Source: Azolla caroliniana
Lineage: Eukaryota; Plantae; Polypodiophyta
Assembly: GCA_043228905.1 (NCBI GenBank)
Contig: JBHGNT010000790.1
Location: 1-15,606, forward strand
Length of the DNA stretch: 15,606 nt
Reading direction: 5' to 3'
Both the position numbers and the translations under genes were made by a program. The notes beneath the pieces are model-generated. The model made no database searches and was not told where the DNA came from. It saw only the letters and a program-made list of their open reading frames with translations. Below, piece after piece: positions 1 to 9,700 of the stretch. The first letter of the stretch is position 1. Each line of letters starts with the position of its first letter.

Positions 1-444
1 AATCCTCGTATTTCCGGTGACCTACTCGGACAATGGAGTCCTCTGCGATCGAATGCCGCAAGGTCGTATACACCCTCATTCCTCGGATGATCAGCTGTAG
101 TTTCTTTATTATGATCCTTGGACATTGGCCCGCTTTCCACATCCCGATCGACGACAACGGTTGATCGGGCTTGTACCCCGAGCTCGATGTCTCCCATGGG
201 CTGAGCTGTGACATATGCGAAGACACGTATGCTGAGCCCTTGCTTTTCATAGTTGGGCGAAAGCTGGTTCGGATCAACGGAGTTGAGAATGGAGAGCTCA
301 TCGGCATGACGGACACAGTGATACAGCTTGATGGATTTCGGCAAATGTCCGTGATGCCGGTGATGTCGAACGAGGAGGTCCCGGAGAACAGCTAGTAGGG
401 GAGTAATTCCAATGCCACCACCAATGAGTACCAGGGTTTTGTAC
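1..444 (-). CDS. FRO: FRO exon 6, partial (NADPH-binding domain)
   Basis: Acceptor GTCTAG|G; reads KYKTLVLIGGGIGITPLLAVLRDLLVRHHRHHGHLPKSIKLYHCVRHADELSIL and stays open to position 1. Not in the ORF track. Confidence 0.9.
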
Positions 445-2994
445 CTAGACAATGAAACCATTGGGCACATTACAATATCTCTTGAATAATACATATAAAA
501 CCCATGAAAATCATGCACACTATCACTCTACAGCTACTGCTCAAAACAAATTTAAACACTGATAAGATGTTCATACAGCACATGTGATCACTGTATACAT
601 TATTGATCCATGGAGTTAAAAGAGTCATATAATAAGCTCACTTCAAGTAGAAGTTGGATTCGTAGCCGTAGGGGCCCTCGAGCCCTGCTTTGAAGGAGAA
701 CATCATCGGACACGGTGAGCGATGATTCCTCGAAGAATAGAATCTCGACCTACCGATCCGATTCCCATCATATTGCAGATCCGATTCGGGGCTCCCATCA
801 GAGCTGCTACTAATTTGGTTCTGTTTTCCATCATGCATCGTCACGTTCGTGGTTATAGGAGGTGTAATGGGTGTGCCGTGGGAGGCTCCGATGAGTTGTT
901 CCTTCAATCGGCGAGTCCAATTGCCAACAGGTTTGATTATGAATGTGAGCACGAGGAGTCGATGCCCACGATCAGATACGATGGGACTAGCAGCTGTAGA
1001 GCAGCCAACGGAGCTGAACATGTGCCATTGTAGCTTGGACACACTAGGAAAGCACAAAAACCAGCTGCTTAGTACAGATTGCTCCTCCTCCTCCTCCTCA
1101 TCGTCATCATCATCATCATGAGTAGGGAGTGCTATGTGGAGCTCCATGGCACCGGCATTTTCATGGAGGATGCGTGCGGACACGACCCGCGAGAGGCGGC
1201 GCGATTGCAAGAAGCGGAGGAAGCGATCGACGAGGAAGAGGAGCACGGGGAGGACGAAGAAGTGGAGAGCCCATATGGCGTGGTAGAGGGCCAATATGAA
1301 GAAGAGCGGGGACAGGAGGACATGCGAGAAGAGGAAGAGCTCGTAGCACCTGCGCCGGACAACCGGCTGGGCCGTCACGGCCATGGCGAGCCCCACACCC
1401 AATGCCACCACGCCTGCAACCACAGAACATGACTCCACATCTGTCTCCCAGGAGATTATCTGATTATTATTTACATTACCCATCACAAAGAGAAATCAGC
1501 CAAGCTTGTAGAAATGTAGTGTAGTGATTTCTTACTCACCAAAGACCCTTATAAATTAATAATTCTACCTTGTAGGATCTACTAATGGTGACATAGAAGA
1601 TGATGTAGCCTGCTCCATGCATTGTGAGCAAGGAGATCATGATCGTCGCGAGCCATGTGTGGTATCTCACCGCACGCTCGAACGGAATCTGGAGAAGACG
1701 CAGGAACGGAGATCCCCTCGACACTGGAATCCATAGAAGTGCGAAAGGAATCAAAGCCGACCGAGCAATGTTGTAGGACGCTCTCCCGAGTTTGGCTGCA
1801 GGCCTGATGAATTTGTGTATGTTCAAAGCTGATTTAATCAGTGGCTTCAATACTAAATCACAGTCCCCAATTATTACTCTCTCCCCACATCAATAGCAGA
1901 GAATTTTATAAGATGATTATGTAGACACATACATCATTCCTTATAGCAATCACTTAATAATAATCAGATGAATCTTTAGCTAGTTGATTCTTACAAGGGA
2001 ATGGCTTTAAATTTGTTGGGCAGCTTCTTGAATTTATCGTCGAGCACGATGAAGTCGAGATATGTTCTCCGACTGAATGTATAGACTAGGAACAGCAGAA
2101 ATGCGAGGATGATGATCACCTCCGCTGCAGTGAGTACCCCCAAGGGGCTCTTCACCACCAATGGATAGGTTTTCATGAGGCTCATCTTCTGCTGCATGAT
2201 GCTCCACATATTATGATTAATGCCTGCAGTACCTACTGATTGTGATCTAGGGTAAATTAGGGTACCATCATCATTATCGTCGATATTACTGCTACCAATG
2301 CCAATGGAGCATTTTCTGCATTCCAATGTTATGTATACATTAATGATTAGCAGCATTGATATTGAATTAGTTGTACATTATGATCTTATTAAAAGGAGAC
2401 AGCTACTGTAAATCAACAGACCATTGATGATTACAATTAAGGGCCAGAAAACAGAGCTATAATTACTTCATCATCATGTTCTTCTTCTTCTTCTTCTTCT
2501 TCTCGAATCGGTTGAGCTCAATCAAGCCATAGCTACAGATGGCCACAACAATGAAAGGAAGGGCTTGGAACAAGAACGCAGACCCTACAAAATAGTAACT
2601 CTGTTAGTACCACGCGTGGCCTCATGATTTTCTCTTAATTCATAATGTAAAGGAAATGTGCGTGGCTATATAAATCAGTTACAGTGTGTAGCTGTAACTT
2701 ACCATATTTCTCATCGGTCCCAAAGACTAATCGAGAGTTGAGGAGGCCCAATTGAGTGATAAGAAGGGTGTGCACATCATGGAGCCCAAATGAGCGAATG
2801 GTAAGGGCTGCATTAAACTGATCGATCATGGTCTTTGCATCAATGGAAGATCGAGGACGATTGGACGAGATGATCCACCACGAAACCCACCAAAAGCTCG
2901 CTATCCAAATCACAATCCATAGCACTAATCGAATCCCACCATGAGTCCTCCTTAACACCTCTAATTGCTTCAATTCTACGGATCCCATTTCCAT
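1..2994 (-). CDS. FRO: Ferric reduction oxidase / ferric-chelate reductase (FRO6/FRO7-like); 6 exons visible, 3' end beyond the window edge
   Basis: Exons 2994-2703, 2584-2467, 2315-1995, 1803-1569, 1459-642 and 444-1 join through GT-AG introns with matching phases (1,2,2,0,2), giving about 742 open codons. Motifs: PLVVKSPLGVLTAAE, WIPVSRGS, IPFERAVRYHTWL...MHG, FSH...YH, DRFLRFLQSR, SKLQWH, EGPYGYES, LVLIGGGIGITP. IPFE..RYH, GPYG.ES and GGIGITP resemble the FRO6/7 subgroup as recalled. Confidence 0.93.
642..1459 (-). CDS. FRO: FRO exon 5 (second heme His pair, FAD-binding domain)
   Basis: Acceptor AATCAG|ATA; IISWE...DRFLRFLQSR...SKLQWHMFS...EGPYGYES; donor AA|GTGAGC. Confidence 0.92.
1569..1803 (-). 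CDS. FRO: FRO exon 4 (first heme His pair)
   Basis: Acceptor CATCAG|G; PAAKL...PVSRGS...RYHTWLATIMISLLTMHG with His codons at 1661 and 1619; donor AAG|GTAGAA. Confidence 0.9.
1995..2315 (-). CDS. FRO: FRO exon 3
   Basis: Phase-2 acceptor TGCAG|A at 2315 (exact acceptor less certain); TYPLVVKSPLGVLTAAEVIIILAFLLFLVY; donor TT|GTAAGA. Confidence 0.8.
2467..2584 (-). CDS. FRO: FRO exon 2 (TM helix plus poly-Lys)
   Basis: Acceptor TTTTGTAG|GG; translates GSAFLFQALPFIVVAICSYGLIELNRFEKKKKKKKNMMM; donor AA|GTAATT, phase 2. Not in the ORF track. Confidence 0.8.
2703..2994 (-). CDS. FRO: FRO exon 1 (start, first TM helix)
   Basis: ATG at 2994; hydrophobic LVLWIVIWIASFWWVSWWII; donor TATG|GTAAGT, phase 1. 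Confidence 0.8.
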
Positions 2995-3088
2995 ACAATT
3001 GACTTATATCTGATGATTGGCGAGATTCCGGATCTCCTTAAATCAGAGACAGATACTTAATTAGGGAATGATGTAATTAGCCCATAGC

Positions 3089-3101
3089 ATATAATATATA
3101 T
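3089..3101 (-). promoter_or_regulatory. Putative TATA region of FRO
   Basis: TA-rich ATATATATTATAT on the minus strand about 100 nt upstream of the FRO ATG; supported by position only. Confidence 0.35.
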
Positions 3102-3224
3102 GAACTGGAAATATAAAAGTTTAAGGTTAGTTTGAGTATAGTGTTTTATTGCAAGTATTTGATCTATTTATATTCTTACACAGTCCCAATTTTGGCCTTA
3201 GAAAGACGTTCATATATCTTTCTG

Positions 3225-3261
3225 TCTCTCTCTCTCACGCTATATATATATATATATATAT
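3225..3261. repeat. (CT)n/(TA)n microsatellite
   Basis: tctctctctctc followed by about 10 TA units. Confidence 0.85.
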
Positions 3262-3453
3262 CTATAATGATTGGCAACTTGATCAGCCAGAATTAGAATT
3301 TAGCAAAAATAAGATTGGTCTTAAATTTAGCAAGAGAATCGATCGTGTGTTGATTAAAAATGGATAAATACCGGCTGTTACATTATTAACCCATTTTGTT
3401 TAATGTCTGCGGATTGATCAATGAGATGATCCCTGGTGCCTGCATGCACTCGT

Positions 3454-3476
3454 GATCAATCAATCAATCAATCAAT
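3454..3476. repeat. (ATCA)n microsatellite
   Basis: gatcaatcaatcaatcaatcaat. Confidence 0.85.
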
Positions 3477-3716
3477 GGTATGATCGTGGAGAATAATCAT
3501 AATATTCTGTCTGATAAAGATGAAAAAAGACGATTTGGACCGAACATAAAAAGAAGTGTTCCTTCTTTCCTTCCTTTTCTTGTGAAGTCAGGCAATCGCC
3601 CAAAATAATGGATGCATACATTTTTTTTGTTTTGTTTGCGATTATGATGATTGCGAATCGCCCACTTTCTTCTCAATTATGCTGCAGCAATACGAATATG
3701 ATAAGAAATATGCATA

Positions 3717-3785
3717 ACGTGTCTCCGTCTCTTCGCCATAGCCATTGCAGCCGCCTACCCTACTTTACCCTAAGGCCCTATAAAG
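3717..3785 (+). promoter_or_regulatory. Cis-element cluster: ABRE (ACGTGTC), GCC-box (AGCCGCC), MYB AC element (CCTACC), TATA (TATAAAG)
   Basis: Exact motif matches at 3717-3723, 3749-3755, 3754-3759 and 3779-3785. Function untested. Confidence 0.4.
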
Positions 3786-3865
3786 TGAATAGGTCCACCC
3801 AGCACTACTACTCGTACATCGCCATCAAACTGATCGATACATGAACTTACTCGCATCCTCACGAT

Positions 3866-3918
3866 CGATCAATCAATCAATCTATCCATCTATCTATCTT
3901 TCAATCTATCTATATCTA
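3866..3918. repeat. (ATCA)n/(ATCT)n compound microsatellite
   Basis: cgatcaatcaatcaatctatccatctatctatctttcaatctatctatatcta. Confidence 0.8.
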
Positions 3919-4339
3919 GCTGTAATCTTGAGATCATAATTACACAGACTACTCACTGTATTGCCTCACAATGGAAGGGGAATCATTAACAAATTTCCCA
4001 CAATCCAAGCGGCATCATTAACAGTCCACATTTTATCTTTCATGTTTTCGGTACTCGGATCGCATACGAATGAAACAATATATATTCCATCGATTCGCAG
4101 ATCAATGTCTCGCAACGTTTATAAGGTAAAACAATGGATACAGCATTATTGCATTGCCATGTCTTTAAAGAAAGGAATAGATGTGCCAAATCTCAGCCCA
4201 AGCAAGATATGTAGTACAAATGAGTACCAAAATCTCATCGATTATTAAGATTGGCGAGAATATCACATGATCGAGACAGTGTCCATTAAAGAGAGGAAAT
4301 AAAAGTGGATTCACCGATTGTGGCATGATCACCAATGTG

Positions 4340-5450
4340 GGGCAATTTATCTGTTGAACATCATCTGCATGATATAATGGCCTCCTAAAAAAACACAAAA
4401 ACTCCTGTAAGTGTAAGGGAGTTGGGGTACAAGTTGGTTTTGTTGGAGTATGTGAGTTGTTACTAGAGTGAATGGCCAAAAAAAGGGCCCAGCACTTTAG
4501 TATATCCAAAGCATAGAAAAACCAAATGAGTGACGCCTCCTTATGTCTCCTCATTTCACCCAAAGCAAGAAGCAACCAAGGTTTAGTTAGACGCCGGGGT
4601 CAACACATAGCTATCTATCTCTCGAGTGTGGAACCAAGGTTAATTAGACAATATCTTCTAAATGGAAAGCAATGAAACTTGTTTTGGACATCTCACTCTA
4701 GAAGAGCATGGTGTGCCAAGGTTGTTTAGTAGGGGTTATGGAGCAATGGTGTAGATGGCAAAAACGAGATGGGTTTTGGCATGTATTAGTGAGCGTGGTT
4801 TCCGAATTTAGAGAAGAAGATTGCACAGTCTCTAGTTTGTGTGTATCATATATAGTGTAATGTGTGAAATGAAAACCTCCATATCTTTGCCAAGCTATCA
4901 TAAATTGGCATCATAAAAAAGTCTCATTCAGGGAGGAATGTATTAATGCATCCCATTGGTGTAATGTGTGCATGTGAGAGAAAGATGAGCTCATTCTAGT
5001 GCTGATTGGAGTGGGGATGTTTTGCGTGTCAACCGTTCAAATGTGATAATTTGGGTCATTTTATGATAAAATGATAACAACAATTCCCCACAATATCCAT
5101 CTCCTATGTTCTGGCCTAATGTTGTTAGTAGTATCTAGGTCCTTCGTGCATTTCGTCGCTCATCATTTTATGGTGAGAGTGACATGATGATTTCATCGAA
5201 ATTTCTCCTATAGTGTTTCTATTTATAGTTTGTCATTGTGTAGGGATGCGTCCTTTTCTTGGTTTCATATTTTGCAATGATGAGATTACTGATGATCAAT
5301 ACCTCTATGTTCTTGAATAGTGGGAAACCTCCTAGTAGTACTATTCGTTCCCCTCAATCATCCCCCAATCATCATCATAATGAAGACTTTTATCACATAT
5401 TCGAGCTTCTTGGTTGGTAGTTTTGCCTTTTAGTTCCTCGAGGAGTTGCA
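4340..5450 (-). mobile_element. Highly degraded LINE (L1-like) ORF2 relic, apurinic endonuclease region
   Basis: Colinear degenerate endonuclease motifs across frameshifts and stops: NQEARI (~5412; cf. LQETK), GGFPLFKN (5332; cf. GGVAIL), P*NDERR...* (5167; cf. YAPN..ER..LW), RWILWG (5099; cf. WILxGDFN), AWQR.GGFHFTH (cf. DAW..FTW), LHHCSIT (cf. SDHxPI). Boundaries approximate. Confidence 0.45.
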
Positions 5451-6440
5451 TGCATGCGGCTTGCAACTTTGTGCAAGTGGATGTGAGAAAGGTTGTGGGT
5501 ACTATTAATGGGCATTGATGCTTGGTGGCAACAAAGATCACAACTAAGTTGCAAGAAATTGATCGCTCCCTTCCAAAGGTATGCAAGGTCTCTCTTGTAG
5601 CTATTAATGGGCTTAAAGGTTATGTGGTTTTATGTTTATTATACAATCCATCAAAACAAATCGTTTCGAGTGGCTCATTATCACAATGCATGGTTTACCC
5701 TTACCTTCTTGCTTTACAAACTTTGGTGATTGTTTGTTCTAACTCATTAATGAAAAAAACCAGAAAGATATTGAGTGAAAATGTTTGGTCATGTTTGAAT
5801 TTGTGAGACAAAACAAGCAATCCTAAGCTACGTTGAGGGAGATAGAATAATCTTATTAAATTTGACTATAAGATTGCCAGACCTATGAGAAACTCATACA
5901 ACACAATAAACATTGTGAAAAAAAGAGATAGATTCTTATGCATTCTTAAATATGATTCCATGTGTTTCCTCCAACTATGATCTATATTATTTATATTTTC
6001 ATATATTTTATCTGGGATGGGTGTATTCTAGTATCTCAACTATGTACGCTCCTTGGAGTCCAACAAAACGAGCAAATGAGTTCTATTTAGTTAAACACAC
6101 CTTGTGAATGAGATCTATTGCATATGGCGAGCAATCCAATGGCAATTGCGCCTGATCCTGCAACACACCTCGGAAATGCAGAGAGAAAGAGAGGGAGATT
6201 GTAGGAGAGGGGGGTTTCCATGAAAACTGGGTTCTAGCATAGAAATCCCAACAAGAATATAGGGGTAGGTTTAGAATATATGTGAAATATCATGTTGGTT
6301 GGGAGGGCTGGCCCCGGGAGGGGTATTTTGGTAATTTCGGTAATGTATATGTTCTTTACAAGTTACTTGTATGGGATGTATGCATGTAAAGAGAGAATAA
6401 ATACGTATGTATACTACATTAGCATTTTCCTGTACCCTTT

Positions 6441-6506
6441 GAGAGAGAGGGAGAGACAGACAGACAGACAGACAGACAGATAGACAGACAGACAGAGAAA
6501 GAGAAA
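6441..6506 (+). repeat. (GA)n/(GACA)n purine-rich microsatellite at the RBM42 promoter or 5' UTR
   Basis: gagagagagggagagacagacagacagacagacagacagatagacagacagacagagaaagagaaa. Confidence 0.9.
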
Positions 6507-6567
6507 GCGATCGATCGCTCTTGCTCAGACTCTGAAAATCAGTGTAAGCCTGCTTCTTCTTCTGCAG

Positions 6568-6738
6568 ATGGCGAAGCTCTTAAGCGAGTTAGAAAAGTTC
6601 GAACAGGAGATGAAAGAACTGGGGTCTGACATCTCCTCAGTCACAGAAGGGGTCGGAGCTGCTACCCCGCTCAATCCATCTCCACTGCCGCCTCGCCTTC
6701 ATCCTCCCACTATCATCTCTCCACCATCAATTCCTCAG
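6568..6738 (+). CDS. RBM42: RBM42 exon 1
   Basis: MAKLLSELEKFEQEMKELG...PPSIPQ; donor CAG|GTATTG, in phase with exon 2. Confidence 0.75.
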
Positions 6739-9700
6739 GTATTGTCTCCTTGCAACAGATTCAATTGCCAAAGAAGAGTTCTATACCACTTCTTTTTTTT
6801 GTTTACACTTGTATATATATATATCGCTCGCACACATAATCATACACCATTCCATATGCTACATCCCCATGCCCCATCCCACAAGTCCCAACATGTCCCA
6901 TACGACATGCCTTATGGCATATATGAATGCCACGTAAACATCAGGGTCAAAATTTATAAACAACATACCATATGGAATTAGTCATTGGAAATGAGGTTTG
7001 GCAATCTTATAGGTAATGAAATCCTGAATGTGTGTAGAACTGGGTTAATCTTTTGAAATTTGTCAATATAGAGATTATTTTTGACTAATGTCGCTTGTCA
7101 TTCCTTAGTTTATTGGAAAATTGGGTTACTCTTTGGAAAATTTTGGTTGTAAACACAGTCAAAAGATTTAGATTTTTGAGAATTACGCCTAATTTTTGTT
7201 TTCTTAATACATGTAAATGGATAGAGCATTTCCAATAACATACGTAGAATATTTCTCCAATATTTTAAAAAACATTCACACATACACAATGTTCATTGCA
7301 TATTGTGAATGCCAGGCATCACCTCCAAGACCAGTCCCCAGTACTCCTATTGGTTCAACAACTCCATGGCTAGTGAATCCTGGAGGAATGAGTTCGGTTC
7401 CAAACGTATCTACCTCATCTCAGTTCACCTATGCAACTAGTGCACCATTTCCACCCTCAACGACAGCTCCATCAGCTTCTTACTTCCCTGTTCCCATTCA
7501 TCTTCAGCAGCAGAACTCTCAGTATCCACCGCAACCTCAACAATTTTCCCAATTCCAGCCTCAAGTACAACCAACTGTTATAAAGCCTCCACAATATACA
7601 TATCAAACTGGCTATCAGGCGCCCTTTCCTACTCCAAATATTTTCGCTCTGCCTCAACAACAGCAGGTATATAACTACGTCTCTAGATATACGATGATAT
7701 AAAGAAAGAGAGAGTAAGAGTATCTAACGTACACCATATCTGGCCTATTTGTGTCACATTCAAACATTTATAACTGATACAATGTCTCTCATATTTGAAG
7801 GTGATATCGTGAATTTATATCCGTAACATTGTATAGTAAAATACTATTTACAGAGAGGGAGAGATTAATGTGTTGGATGCGCAAATTGGCTTATGAGATA
7901 AATCAGGAGAGAGAATAGAATAGATTTTTTATTGTCCATGAGGAGGCCAAATTTGGTGTATGGGACCAAATCAACATATTATCTTGTATGAGACTCCTTC
8001 CTAAGAAGGGGAGGTTACTACTCTGTAGTAAAAACTCTATGTGTGTGAAAATAAGGCACATATATGTGCTCACACTTCTTGGTGTACATTTGAGTATGAC
8101 ACTTACTTTATCCTGCCTGTCAAACAAGTCATCATATTTCTCGCGAATTACCTTATGCGCTGAACATGCAATAAGTAAGCGATATTCATCCCCACTAGGT
8201 TTTCTTTGCTTATCGTGCGTATTTTCATATTTGTTCTGATGCCATTATGCCACCTCAACACCGTGTGAGCAAGCTAGAGAGAGAAATAGAGCTATTTTAA
8301 CACTTTTTAAGAGGCCAAAATGGTTTATAAGACCAAACAAGAGATTACATCTTACAATGTTTTCTTGTCTTTGAGAACAAAACAAAATAAATGCAACTAA
8401 ACATATGGTATTAAAGAATCTGTATATCGAAGAACTTAAGGCTCTAAACTTGGATAGACTGGAGGTTTTTTCTGTGAAAGATCTCCCACATGGGCTGCTC
8501 CAAAGTGGAGACCATCGGTATTCGAGTAAACAAGGATTTTGTTCTATCTTCCATTTGATCCAGGGAGACCAGATGAGGATTTTGTTAGTGCACAGGGCTG
8601 TGTTATAGTTCTTCTAGTTCAAGCATCCACATCACTCATACGCTGGGTGCGAAAATACTTTATTAGTCATGACAAGTTGCTTGCACTGGCTGTTGTGTTT
8701 TTCTTTAGCAATGGTGCAATGTTGATTACTTGTCATTTTACTCGGTAATTCTGTAGTTTTAGATGGAAGGCCCACAGACTTTATGCAATCCCCACATCAC
8801 CTTTTGTATCATACACGGAGCACATTTTGTAGAAATCTGATATTGGCAGTTATTTTCTCTGCGTTAGTACTAGTCTAGTATCCTAAATTTCGCTATATTC
8901 GTTTTAGTTTGATGCTCTTAAAAATGAGCCAGTTTTGAAGATGTAATCTCTTGTTTGGTCTGATAGGTCTATTTGACCAGTTTGGTCTTCGAGTCCACTT
9001 TCTTTCTTTCTTTCAGCCTGCTTGCACAATCATTCATTGTGCCCCATCATCTAAATAGGCTATGGTTTGATATGGGACACATTCGTTATATCCAAGCTGG
9101 AAATCTATTTCAGTACTTTTATACAGTTGTATGTGTTTTCTCCGTTTCTTTCTTCCCTTTCACAATATCTTGTATAGAAGGTGCTGTTAGACAACATTCT
9201 AATAGGACTGGCTATCCTTTCCTTGCAAAACAAACCAATAAAGTGTCATGTAAGCCATACAGAGCACAAGGTTGTGAAACTGATTAGCAACTCATAATTA
9301 TCTACGAGCCAGTGGTGAGAGAAAACAATAGGCTCATATATCATGCTTGCTTAACCCAAAAGGTAGTCTGCCTGTCCTATATGGTATTTAATGTTCCCTT
9401 TAATTTTTGTTATTATTTTATTTTCGAAGGATCTATAGAACAAGAAGGTTTCACATCCAGAATGCTTAGATTTATAAATGATATGGATGTAGAAATGTGA
9501 GCATTCCTGTCACACATTTTTGTTATTGCATATTATCTTACACACTGTCATGCCATCTTGCAAACATGTGTTTGGGAAGAAAAGCAAATTCTAGCCTTTC
9601 ACAAAGGAAGAGACTTCAATCTAAGCTCAAATTTTAGTATGTCGATGGAACTCCATGCTGTATAAAACACATCCACATTATTCAGACATTGCTCACAATT

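Noticed and set aside
171-1432. Several + strand and alternative-frame ORFs (171-395, 722-1033, 849-1121, 1079-1432, 1132-1362, 1161-1430)
   Set aside because: Shadow ORFs of the GC-rich FRO exons; no independent motifs.
1-2994. RBOH/NADPH oxidase identity for the minus-strand gene
   Set aside because: No N-terminal EF-hand region; the N-terminal TM helices and the PVSRGS and DRFLRFLQSR motifs are FRO-type.
4355-4380. YHADD as a reverse-transcriptase catalytic motif
   Set aside because: No QG motif at the expected distance upstream, and it is too close to the endonuclease region; probably chance.
3000-6500. IRON MAN peptide gene or conserved miRNA (e.g. miR398, miR408, miR399) near FRO
   Set aside because: No YDYAPAA-type C-terminus, recalled mature miRNA sequence or clear hairpin found by eye.
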